A stretch of 64,000 bases of DNA from Sphyrna mokarran (Eukaryota), in contig JAGIQG010000040.1 of NCBI GenBank assembly GCA_024679065.1, positions 3,968,001 through 4,032,000 of the forward strand. Direction: 5' to 3'. The position numbers and the translations under genes are program-made. Below the pieces are notes generated by a model, which was not told the origin of the DNA, did no database searches, and saw only the letters and a list, made by a program, of their open reading frames with translations. Below are positions 25,420-36,882 of this stretch, in pieces (within the stretch, counting starts at the first letter, position 1; every line of letters begins with the position of its first letter).

Positions 25420-27388
25420 TCACCGATTTTGGCAAACGAATTTGGAGTAATTGGAATTGGATCCTCCGGAATAAGTTTCATTTGTAATTTTCAATTAGAG
25501 GAAATCCACAATGTATGTCATCACAACAGAATGAAACTTCCCGAGATGGCAAAGAATAAAATAACAGGCTTCTTCCCGTTCTCCGTTTCTGGATCCTCTA
25601 ATTCCCTGCACTGCAGTGCCCCCGGAGCCTACGGCGGGATCTATGGGCCTCCAGGAAGGGCCTGACGGTCAATGCATTAAGCAACAAAATCAGAAGGAAT
25701 GGCAGGATGGGACATAATATATGTGCAAACTAGTCAAGTCGGACCATAAGAAAGAAGTGTCGAAAGTTGATTTTATATTACAAAACCACAGCACATTATT
25801 CGTAATATAGAGTGGTTCATACATAAAATATCTGGGAATGCTTTTTAAACAACTCAACAAATAGGCGATTCCTATCACCACAACTGTTCTCCACCCCTCC
25901 CCCCCCCCCTCTCGGTGCAATAGTTTGCTTGCACTTTCTGGCAGCAAATGGCTACCTAACGTTCAAAGGTGAAAACGACGGTTAACTAGACTGAACTTTC
26001 CGTGGCTGCATTGATTGTCACAGTACTCAGGCTATAGGCTGGAGTCAACGACATAAAACTTACTGGAAAATTAATGCCAATAATCTGGTTGAATATCACA
26101 GCAGTGACAACGAAAAGTAGATCCGTCTCTACCATGGAAACCATATATCAAGTGAGATATTTGGAGAGACCACACCTTCCTTGGGAGAGGATCACAATCG
26201 TCACCAAGTTAACTGCGAGCAAAAACAAAGTTAAAGTTGTAAAGTTATTCAACAAATTCCAAGCAGGCATGTGGAAGTGACGGGCTTATTTGTGACACTT
26301 TTTTTGGTTTATATTTTATGGAAGACAATTATGCTTGGCTTATCAAGGTTAATTATATTTCAAAAAGAGCTCTATTTATGTCGCAAATTTAACGCTAAAG
26401 ATGTCTTCATAGGGAAGAAATGCAGCAAAGTTTGACGCACAACGACATGAGGCGATATTAAATGCTGAGCAACTTGACAATGAGATATGCTTCAAGAAAA
26501 TGTGTAATGAGCACAGTGAGGAAGAAAGGAAATGTGGTATAAGGCGGGAATTGCAAAGTTTAGGACCAAAAGGCTGAAGAACTCCGGATTGTATGTAAAA
26601 TTAAGTATTTAACATTTGGACCATGTAAAAGATAAGCAGAATAGCCTGTAAACGCCGTTGACATATCTGAGATCTTAAAATGTGTAATGTGATAAGAATT
26701 CGGTTTGGCTTATTAGGATTCTACAAGAATATTTTCAGCAAGCAGGATTTGTCAAGTTAACACCATTTAAGGAGTATCAGATGTGTTTTCATCAGAAACC
26801 CCGCTGGCTTGGAAACTACACTTCCAATATATTGAGCAATGACACTAATTGTTCCATTATGAGAAGTGAAAAAAAGTATATATATATTGTTTGCCTTTCA
26901 AAGAGTGAGAAGCGATCTAGTTGAAACAAATAAAATTATCAAGAGGCTTGTCAGAGCAAATACTGGGAGGTTGTGGCCCGCAGATTTTGGAATCATGCCC
27001 GAAGATTAGATTGTGGGATTTTTTTTTTTTAGGTTACTACCTATAGCTGAATGCTATCGATTACAAAGACATGAAAAGCCTTGCCTCGGTGTGCACATGC
27101 TGGCAAGAACAGAGTAGTGAATGTGTCAGAAACTTAATGAGTAAGGCTTGAGTTTAAATAAAAGACATATTTAAGTGACGAAAAGACAGGCTACCATTGA
27201 GTAAATAAGGTTTTAGAAGATAATGGAAACAATTAAGCCGTGTTCTTCATTACTGCAATCAGGATTAACTTCGTAAATCAACAATGCGTCAAGTTAATGA
27301 TTTAGTACCAGAACATACTTAGAACTCCAATGGCAGCAAGAATTGGATAGTAAATGACATAAAATACACCAGATATTCGTCCGTGCAT
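25420..27388 (-). pseudogene. GPR139/GPR142-like GPCR pseudogene (exon1 27319-27388, exon2 from 26212 down to about 25420)
   Basis: Exon1 MHGRISGVFYVIYYPILAAIGVL, 70 nt as in the paralogues; exon2 NLVTIVILSQGRCGLSKYLT* has an in-frame TGA, further stops and frameshifts. Confidence 0.85.
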
Positions 27389-28548
27389 TCTATATGAGAC
27401 ACAATGACAACGATGACAACGATTCTCTGTGACAAGGTCAAAGACATTAATATAGTTGGAAATCTACAGGGAGGCAATTAATTTCCGCAATTATTTACAC
27501 TTACTTGAACAAACAGATTCAGCAGTCATTTTCCGTATTCATTCTGGAAGGGTTTAGAATGTTGCAATACTCCAGGGAGGCGATGATCTAGTCTTTCTAT
27601 TTCCTGCGGCCTGTATAATTTTGAATTTAATTACTTAATACTTAAAAAGTAAGGCATGCTTATCGCGTGAGATGTTCGTTATTATGATGCAGTTAAGGAA
27701 TATAGTAGCCACGAGGCAGCAGGCAGCATAACTCAGTGACATTAGAGCAGACGAGAATCAGAATGATAGTAAAATAAGAAATACTATTGATGCTGGAATC
27801 TGAAACGAAAACAGAAAAGGTTGGAAAATCCCAGCGTTCTGACGAAGGGTTATTCAGATTCGAAACGTTCTATTCCCTCTCCGCAGATGCTGTCAGATCT
27901 GCTGAGATCCTCCAGCATTTTCTATTTTTGTATCGAAATGACAGTGACAATCATATGCTATCGAACTCATATTACAGATGTAGGAGCCCTGCGCAGCATA
28001 TAACTTCCTCACAAAATATAAATCATTCCCACACTGCACTAATGATGCCAAAAAGCGTCACCGATCATCCACGCCATAGAACATGCATTCTCACAAACAT
28101 ATTCACACAGCACCGAAACATCATCAAACTGCCCAATGTGCATCACATGGGAGCTGTCAAAATATCAGGCAGAAGAACATATGGAAATTTTCAGACGTTT
28201 TCATACCAATCTCAGCACTCTTGATCATTCCAATTGTTTCTTGCCATGTTTATTTTTCTCTGGACTACATTTCTATTTTGTTCGCCAGATTTTCCTTGGA
28301 TATAACGTTAGGCACTGTTTCTGTTGGCTTTAAAGCTTTGGTTATTTATTTAGTAGTCGTTGTGCCATTGGTGAATTCACTGTTTAATTAGGATGTAGGA
28401 GTAAACAAGATCGCGATTTTCTCTTCCGTCGCGACACTACCTTACATAATGGCTCGCCCCCGCCCCCTCAGAAAGCATTCCTTTTGCTTCGTATGCCGAT
28501 TGATTGAAATTTGTTTTAATGGGTCCATTTATTCCCTCCACCACCAAT

Positions 28549-28797
28549 GCAGCGGTGGCCAGGGAGGAGTGGCTGTCGCTCACCATTACGTGTGATTTCT
28601 ACGCTGGTTATGATTTCGAAACTGGTCATTCTTTTTTCAGACAAATCCAGACTGGGACAAAGCGTGAGCGGATCTCCAGTGAAGGGATATTTGTAGTGTT
28701 TGTGAATAAAACAGGAAAGACATTTTCACTGGAGATTCTGGATTTGATATTACTTTAAAGCTCAGCACTGGTACAACACATATGATGCAGCATAGTG
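28549..28797 (+). pseudogene. Orphan NAR-TCR-type V pseudogene
   Basis: AAVAREEWLSLTITC...FFRQIQTGTKRERISSEGIFVVFVNKTGKTFSLEILDL is clearly paralogous to the V at 36431-36719; FR3 deletion and frameshift, YYC changed to YYF, degenerate heptamer CATAGTG at 28791. Confidence 0.8.
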
Positions 28798-30271
28798 GAA
28801 GAGAGAAGGACAATTCTTAAATGCTTCTGAACAATCAAAGCAGTAATTCCAGGACCTGGTATTTTAATCGAAGTCAAATCCCACCATCTGTCGTAGCAGG
28901 ATTTGACCGATGCACTGCAAGAACTCACTAAGCCTCCTTGGGTGGTACATTTTAAACACACAACAGCTGCAATCTAGAAGGACACATCGAAACACTACCA
29001 CTATCCAGACTTGGAAATGTACTAGCTTCCTTCACTGCCCCTCAGTAAATATTCTGGAATTTCCTCCCTAGTCTCAAGACATTTCTATATGAAAATGCTA
29101 GAAGAACAGATCGAAATATTTGGATATATTTACACAGAGTCACGAGAGAATGCGAAAGTCTCTTTTTTTCTGAAACAGCGCAATGAATTTATGGCGCAAC
29201 TTGAAAAAGATGAGCGGGAAAGAGAAATAAATAGTGATATGGCTTAGGATGTAAATGGTTATTTCGTGTTCGAGAAGAGAAGAGCTGTACAAAACAAACT
29301 TCGACCAACTGAGCGGAATGGCCTATTCGTGTTGAGTGGCAAGGGTACAATGTAAACTTCAGAAACTGTTCTGTTCGGAAAGCATTGGAAACAATTAACC
29401 AATGGGCTGAAGGAAGTAATTCTCAGGCACCCTGAAGAGGCAGTTCCCACTGAGTAATAGTAAAACCACTGCGGAAACTGAAGAGACTGAACCCAACCGA
29501 CAACTGAGAGTCCTCAGATACGTTATCATGACGGTTAGAAACCGCAAAGAACAGACAGAAAACAACTCAGATGTAGAAATAAAACGAATTCAACTCTTTT
29601 TCTATTAAAAGTAAAATGACAGGATTAATGGAGCCCAACGGCAGGGAAGAGTTCATGAGGGTCGAATCTCGACAAATGTTGACATTTGACCCACACTATC
29701 CATTGCCAGTTGGGCTTAAAGAGTGCAGACGAATATCTGTAATTTGTGTTGAATTTTGATACGTGCAGGGACATAAAACTAATGATTATCCTTCAGTCAA
29801 TGAAGACTGGATAGTAATTAATCGGACAAGAATTGACATTAATGTTTTTTTGGGGGGAGTTCTTATTTCATCAACACATTTAGAAGCTAATATTGAATAA
29901 AAAGCAGAATCATGCAGCACAGAAGAGCATATTTCTGAAATAATGACAATTGAAGGCGCTGCCAGTTTTACGCATTCACCTTGCTATATTTCTCTTGGGA
30001 CTGTATTCATGCTTTGTTCCAAAATTTTCTTTACCTCACTATACTTTTGAAAGTTAAAGCCGCATTTCCCAGCACCACTCCTTCTGTTCCCAGCATCACC
30101 CTTTCTGCAGTTGAGTAAAATTTGCTGTGGATAGAAAAATAGCCCACAGATTTCTTATGCTTATTTACTTCCGTTGGTCAACAAATTTTGAACAAACTTC
30201 GTCATTTTCAGGTTTCTGCATTGCTGTCTCTGAGCTCTGTATCACTATGCCTGTAATACTCCCGAAGTTTA

Positions 30272-30310
30272 GGTTTTTATACAGCTCCTTCCGCATTCTG
30301 TATCACTGTG
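30272..30310 (-). other. 23-RSS of the supporting TCR-delta V
   Basis: Minus strand CACAGTG, 23-bp spacer, ATAAAAACC. Confidence 0.93.
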
Positions 30311-30616
30311 CTGTGCGCCGACTCAGTGCACAGTAATACACAGCCGAGTCACTTAGCTGCAGTTTGGAGATCGTTAACCGGCTGATCTTCTCGACAGAAT
30401 CGTCAGAAGCAGAAATTCTCCCCACGATAGCGTTTTCTTTATTCTCCCCTCCTGAAGTGTGTGTCTGAAGCAGGTATTTTAGAGCCTGCCCTGCGAAGTG
30501 ACTGTACCAATGTACTGTGTACTGACAGAACCCTGAATATTCACAGCTTAAAGTAACCGTGTCACCGACAACTGAGTTTTGGAGAGGTGGATTCTTGAAA
30601 TCCAGGGAACTGGAAT
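30311..30616 (-). CDS. Leaderless supporting TCR-delta V exon of a NAR-TCR cassette
   Basis: Acceptor TTTTCTCTTGCAG|AT; DSSSLDFKNPP...VTLSCEYSGFCQYTVHWY...LSDSAVYYCALS; extra Cys in CDR1; no leader exon seen upstream; phase-1 splice compatible with the J at 35582. Confidence 0.9.
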
Positions 30617-32229
30617 CTGCAAGAGAAAAGGTGGGCATCATTTGTTTGTTTAACCACTGTTTTCCGGTAGGTGGGGCGGGGGGAGATGGAGGGGATTGGA
30701 GGAGGGGATACGGTATGTAGGATATTGTTGACTAATCGCGTGAAAATCTGTACTTATTTTTTGATTTAAAACCTGTTCGAAACATATTGATTGTTATTGA
30801 AATATAACTCGTTCTAGAAAGGACAATGACTTTTTTTTGCTTCAGGATAGTGAATTCTTCCAATCTGGAGTGCGCTGGTGGTATATATAAAGGGGCATCA
30901 CCTACTTGATGGACCAAATTCCATCCTCCGACATTGTATGTTTGTTTATAATGTATATTGCATTAGTATTTATATATCCCTTCGTGAGTGACAAATCAGA
31001 AGACGCATTTTATCATCAATGATGAAATCGGCTTCCAAAAAATCATTGTCCAATAGTGACACAACGGCTTAGAATGACTGCACAAAATAAGATCCAACAT
31101 AAAGCAGTTGAGATTTTATTAGCATATATTGAGTCAAACATATAGACAAAATGGATCGTTCAATGTTCAAAAATTTAATGCTGTTCAACACTTCTTCCGA
31201 AGATTCTAAATTGTTTTGACCTATCTTCAAATTTTCTTTTGTCAATATTATCTCCTTAGTTCCTCTCTTGAAATATTTCGAGATTATTTCGTTTCATTTC
31301 TATATTTCTCCTGATGCTGTTTGTGCTTTTTGTAATCATGGGAACTTGTTCCAAATCCTTCAGCTGTCAGTTGGATTCCGTCTGTTTAGTTTCAGCAGTT
31401 GTTTTAGTCTTTCTTACTGGAACATGAGGCTTCCAGCTCTCTAGCAATTTCAATTCTTACTGTCCATTAACTGATTTTGTCCCGGTTTCTTTGGGGGAAA
31501 TTTTGTTTACGTTTTACATTGTAAAGTGTCAGCAGAAGATGAATGGGTCATAGAATGTTCTGACTAAAGTCTAGATCAATCTGCGCCCAGCCCAAATCTA
31601 ATCGACCATTCCCAGCCAAGTGCCTTTAGTGATATATTCCGTTGTCTCTCCTGATTTTTAAGGTTTCTGTTAAATACATGGATACTATAGTTTTAAGTTT
31701 ATTTATTAATATCATAAGTAGGCTTACATTACTACAGCAATAACGCCACTGTGAAAAATTAACCGCGGTGTGTGGAGGTTGTGAAAATCATTAACCAGTT
31801 TGGACTTAGTCTCTGGCGGAGAGATGGTCCAGTCACCCGTCGCCTTTGGGCATCAGGGACCTGATTTGCCCCGTTGCACCCGGGGAGAAGCACTGGCGGC
31901 AGGCAGGACAGTTGAAAAAAAAACTGATAGTTACGTCTATGTGACATTTTAAAGCTGCTCCCCCATTTAGTAATGTTGTGGCTGGCCTCACACATCAACA
32001 ACAAATTATTTCATTACACCCACGTGCATTGATTAGCTTAATATTCAACAATTTATCGATTTGACGAAGGGTGAACCAGTTACGAAATGTTGGCTCCATT
32101 CTCCATTTTAGGTCCATCCTTTTAACATTATTTGATCCTTCCTACAATTTTGCGCTGAAAGCCTGTTTCAACCTGGCCCTTCGTTTTTCCGCCTTTCACT
32201 TCTCTTGTGCTCTTCTCTGTCTTTCATTT

Positions 32230-33230
32230 CTGCGAATGACACAGCCCTCCTCTGACTATTTGTGTATGCTCTCATCCCCCTATCATTTTAGTTTCAAACC
32301 ACCCCCCCCCCACCTCGAACCACTCCAACAAATACTTCCCCTGGGACATCAAGTCCTTATCTTGCCCAGGTGTAAACCGTCTAGTTTGTACTGATGCCAT
32401 CTTTTCCAGAACCGGTTCCAATGCCCCAGGGATCTGAAACCCTCCCCCTCACGCCACCCCTTCAGCCATGTAGTCATCCGAAATATTCTGCTATTTCTAC
32501 TCTGACCAGCAGATAGAAATTGTAGTAATCCTGAGATCACTACCTTAGAGGTCTGTTTTCTCAACTTCCTTCCTAACTCTCTATATTCTGCTCTTAGTAA
32601 CTCATACTTCTTTCACATGTTGTTATTGATGAGGATGTCTACCACGATCACGCTGTATTTACCATCCCCCTCCAGAAAGTCATGTAACCGTTCTGATACA
32701 TCCTTGACTAAAGACCAGAGAGGCAACATACCATCCTGGAGTCCCGTTTGCTGTTATGGAAAGGTCTATCGATTTCCCTTTCAATGGAACTCCCTATAAC
32801 TGTTACATTCTCAGACTTTTTACTCCTCCCTTCTGCACCTGAATCACTCATGGTACAGGGAGTTTGGCTATCGCTGCTTTCTGCTGAGAGGTTATTTCTC
32901 ACGAAAGCATCCAAAACAATGTTTCAGTGCTTCAGGGCAATGGCTACGGGGGATTCCTGCGCTCCTTGCCGCGTCCTCTTCCTCTGCTTGGTAGTCACAC
33001 ATTCATTTCCTGCCTAGAGAATCTTAGACAAACTTTGACCCTTCTCTATACATGCCTTACACGATAAGCTCCTCCTCGTGTTTGTTCCATAGTCTCCCCA
33101 GCCATCGACCCAAATCTGAAAACCAGGTTTCTAGGAGGTGCAGCTGCAGACCCAAGTACTGAAAATGTTCTCGGATTTCCACATGGAACACAATGGGCAT
33201 ATCACGGCTTGTAACTCTCCTGCCCTGACT
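32230..33230 (-). mobile_element. CR1 ORF1 (SGNH esterase-like) fragment
   Basis: VTVIGSSIEREIDRPF...DSRMVCCLSG; KVVISGLL...WREGEGFRSLGHWNRFW...YKLDGLHL. Confidence 0.8.
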
Positions 33231-35106
33231 TTTCATTCAAATTAAGATGGAAGTTGTTTCAAATTAGACCATTTCACTCCTCTCCAGTGTTGGTCTATCC
33301 TGTTCTCCGTCCGTCCTTCATTTAAGTACATTTTCCTTAACTTTTTTTTTCCCATTTGTAATCATGTTACATTGATGAATACTGGCTTGGGCTGTTTCAT
33401 AAATCAAGTTATTCAACATCATTTGGTTGACCCTGTTCATAATTTAAATGGTTCCTATTCAATCAGTTCGTGTTTCTCTGTTTGACAAAAAAAATACATT
33501 AACGTGTTCAAACTTTTCAGAAAATTCAGATCCTTGCTGCTGTCTTTTTTGAGCACTTCAAAAAATTAAATGTCATAATATAATAAAATGAGTAGGAGTT
33601 AAAAAAAATCAACAACCTTGTCAGATTACAGCCAGCCTATCTGAATGCCACCTTCTTGAACTCTTTAGAATCTATGAATGTATCATGTACTTCCTTAAAT
33701 GTATTCAACCATTTACAATCCACAGCTGTAACATCGAATGTCACAGATGCACAATTGAATTAATACATTTATCATCATCAGATACATTAAAGAACAAAGA
33801 ACAATCCTGCACGGAAAACAGGCCCCTCGGCCCAACGAGCCCGCACCGCCACCTCGATGTTCCCACTTCTACCTATGATCCCTGTCATCCCATTATTTTG
33901 ATCATTTGCCCCCACTTTGTTTCTGGGGATATTGCAACTACCGCATCTAACCTGTAAACCCTCAAGCACTTTAAGTGTTCTAATATGATCACATGTGGTT
34001 CTTAAAATTTCTAAGGAATATTGGAAAAGTCTGGCAAACCACTCGTTATAGGTCACTGAAAAAAGTTAGATGAGCCTTTGTTTCACTCTTTCCGAAGCAA
34101 ATATATCCTTCCTAGAAATAAGTGGATCATTTTTTTTTTCAATGTATACAGAGTTCTTTTGCCTTCCTAGACTCCATTACTCTCATTCTGATACTGTATT
34201 GTGTATTATCCATCGCACATGATCATCTCGTCCTTTTCGGCATTTCGATGATTACCTTATGGTCCCATCTGGTATTTTCTCAAGTTTACACGTATTCCCT
34301 GGGGTGTTTCTGTTTATAGCCCCTGTCCCAAAACCACACTGTATAATTGTTCCTAGTTTTCCTGTCCTCCTTTATAAGATCCTCACTCTCTCACTTCACC
34401 GTGCAGTTGCAATTACCAATAATCAGGGATGCAGATACGTTACATTCAACCTTCTCCCAAATATCTACGGTGAGTAGAGAGAAATGTCTACAATTTAAAA
34501 CCTTCAAGTCGGTCTGATGGTGGAAAATGAAGAGAGTGGTGGTTTGTATCAAAATAATTGAAAGAAATGGCAGGTAGATTGTAATTTATTTCTGTCGCTC
34601 ATTGCCATGTAATAAATTTCTCCTGTGCCTAAATCGGCATCTCTTGTAACTGAAGTTCATTGTGTCACATTTCATTTTGATCAGTGTAGATAACGTCCAA
34701 TCTACGTTTTCCTTCAGCTTTGGACTCACATATAATGCCCAACTCAAACTGCAATCAAATAAGCAAAATACTGCGGATGCGCTAATCTGAAACAAGAGGA
34801 AGCGTCAAATGGACGCCAAACGTTAGCTCTGGTTTTCGGATGCTGCCAGATCTACCGAGTTTTCTCAGCATCATCTGATCTTATTTCAGTCTTCAATGAC
34901 CTGTTCAGGAGATATTTCTGTGAGTCCACTTCAAAGTTTGGGAGTGGGGTCCGTGCCTCGACAATCCATGCCTAATTACAATAAAAATTCTGGAAAGACT
35001 CAGCAATTCTGGCACCTTGTGTGGAGAGGGAAATCGTTAACATTTCAAGTACATATGCCCACCTGCTTGATCACTGTTTGAGTGTCAGTACACATTTAAA
35101 GATTGG

Positions 35107-35285
35107 AGACAGAGAAAGGCGGAGAGAAAGAGAGAGAGAGAGAATGTGAGAGAGGGAGAAAGAAAAAGAGAGAGAAACAGAGAGAAAGAGAGAGAGACGG
35201 AGAGAGAGAGAAAAAGGGCGAGGGAGAGTGAGAGAGACGGAGAGACAGAGAGAGAGGGAGAGACGGAGAAAATGTAAAGAGAGCC
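35107..35285. repeat. (GA)-rich compound microsatellite in the J-to-supporting-V intron
   Basis: Direct inspection. Confidence 0.9.
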
Positions 35286-35581
35286 GGGGATGCATTATTA
35301 GGATCAGCGATGTCCCCATTCAAACGATGATGGTCCCGATGGGTTGAAAACTTCGTCGACTAATAGTCTGTTTGTTACTCAGAATTGTGAAAAAAGTTAA
35401 ATGAGCCTTTCTACCTTGGTCCATATCATTATCCCAAATATAAAAATGAGATTGAAAATTGTTTCTTATAAAATGGTTCGGTTTTCATTTCAATGCGATT
35501 GAAATAATAGTGCAAGTTAATAAAAGGATAGTGAACATTAACTGGGACTACCTGTAACACCATACATTTGGAGTCACTTAC

Positions 35582-35641
35582 CGTCTGTGACAGTCACCAC
35601 CGTCCCGGATCCCTCTGCAGTGCCATATCTTGACTTATGAA
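35582..35641 (-). CDS. NAR-TCR-type J segment
   Basis: Minus strand HKSRYGTAEGSGTVVTVTD then G|GTAAGT donor (35576-35581); preceded by a 12-RSS; IgNAR-like xGxGTVVTV motif. Confidence 0.9.
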
Positions 35642-35669
35642 CACAGTGTTTCAAGGCAATACAAAAACA
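35642..35669 (-). other. 12-RSS of the J segment
   Basis: Reads CACAGTG-TTTCAAGGCAAT-ACAAAAACA on the + strand, facing the J. Confidence 0.93.
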
Positions 35670-35810
35670 CCCGGTTACTTGCAAATGTTAAGTGGTACAC
35701 AATGCGGCTCCCGATCCATGTGTGGGAGCAGAACTTCCTCTAGTGTGACAGTTTGTAACTTGGATCAGCGATTCCCAATCTCCATTCACTGACACCAGTG
35801 CAGAAAAAAT

Positions 35811-36250
35811 ACAAAGAACAAACAACAAAACAGCACGGGAAACAGGCCCTACAGCCGAACGAGCCCGCGCCGCCACCCCGTTGTTCCCACCTCTACCCGC
35901 GATCCCTGTCCATGTTTATAGATCTATGGATTAAAAACCAAATTTGAGACAATTTAGGGAGAATTTGTTTTGCCAATTAGCCTAAGAGCACATCTTTGGG
36001 ATGTGGGAGGAAACCGGAGCACCCGGAGAAAATCCATGCAAGCACGCAAACTCCCACAGACACTGGCCCAAATCCATGTATCTGCACAGCACAGCGATAG
36101 TCACTGAGCTGTCGTGTTGCCCATCAAATGGTCCAGGTTAAGCGCACACTAACGACGTGAAGCACGAGGATACTCTCCAAAAAGATCCAAGAGCAGTCCT
36201 CTCACGACCCATCGCGTGTATGCCCCTCGTTAGACAACAAGGTGGACCAA
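35811..36250 (-). mobile_element. Composite SINE inserted between the NAR-type V and J
   Basis: Reverse-complement match to 19540-19985 and 4845-5181. Confidence 0.85.
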
Positions 36251-36391
36251 CATAAAGTTTGCATTTATCAAGTTCAAGATATTAACGGCAATAATCCAGT
36301 CTGATATAAACAGTATTATGTGAAACTAAGCTGTGGGTTTCAATAGAAATCAATTCCGATACTTATTTGTTTCTGCGAAAATTTGCATGGT

Positions 36392-36430
36392 GAGTTTTGG
36401 TATCGAGGGAAGCCGAGGCCCTTCACTGTG
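36392..36430 (-). other. 23-RSS of the NAR-type V
   Basis: Minus strand CACAGTG, 23-bp spacer, CCAAAACTC (variant nonamer). Confidence 0.85.
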
Positions 36431-36882
36431 TAAATGTCCCAGTACTGAAACTTACAGTAATAGGTGGCCGTATCTTTAACATTCAAATCCCGAATTTCCA
36501 GCGAAAATGTCTTTTGTGCTTTATTGAGCGACATAACAAATCTCCCTCCGGCTGAGATCCACTCCCGCTCTGTCCCGGTCTTTGTTTGTTTGAAAAATTC
36601 TCCCTTTCCTTGAGGGCTAGATAAATAACCTCCATATAAAGTACAGGAGATGGTGAGAGACTGGCACTCTTTCCTGGTCACCGCTGCCGGGCTCTGTCTC
36701 ACTGACTGACTCAAGGATCCTGGAAATTAAACACAGAGAGTTTATTGGACCATCAGAGCGGAACAATACCACGGAGCTAAAACCCGAGACAGTGTCTGCA
36801 ATCCCGACAATGAGAGTTAGTTTGATCGGTACTCACGAGGTAAGTAGATACACAGCGTGAAAACAAAGAGGATTTCCATCAT
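36431..36882 (-). CDS. NAR-TCR V (IgNAR-like V domain), intact: leader 36837-36882, V exon 36431-36719
   Basis: Leader MMEILFVFTLCIYLP C|GTGAGT; acceptor TTTCCAG; QSVRQSPAAVTRKECQSLTISC...FFKQTKTGTEREWISAGGRFV...KTFSLEIRDLNVKDTATYYCK; short FR2-CDR2 as in vNAR; extra FR1 Cys. Confidence 0.9.

Noticed and set aside
34290-34345. FGTG motif on the minus strand resembling a TCR J segment
   Set aside because: No TxLxV continuation, splice donor or RSS; the context looks like decayed LINE sequence
35616-35641. Candidate D segment bounded by CACTGCA and the 12-RSS
   Set aside because: No nonamer at 23 bp; the sequence is better explained as the 5' part of the J coding region
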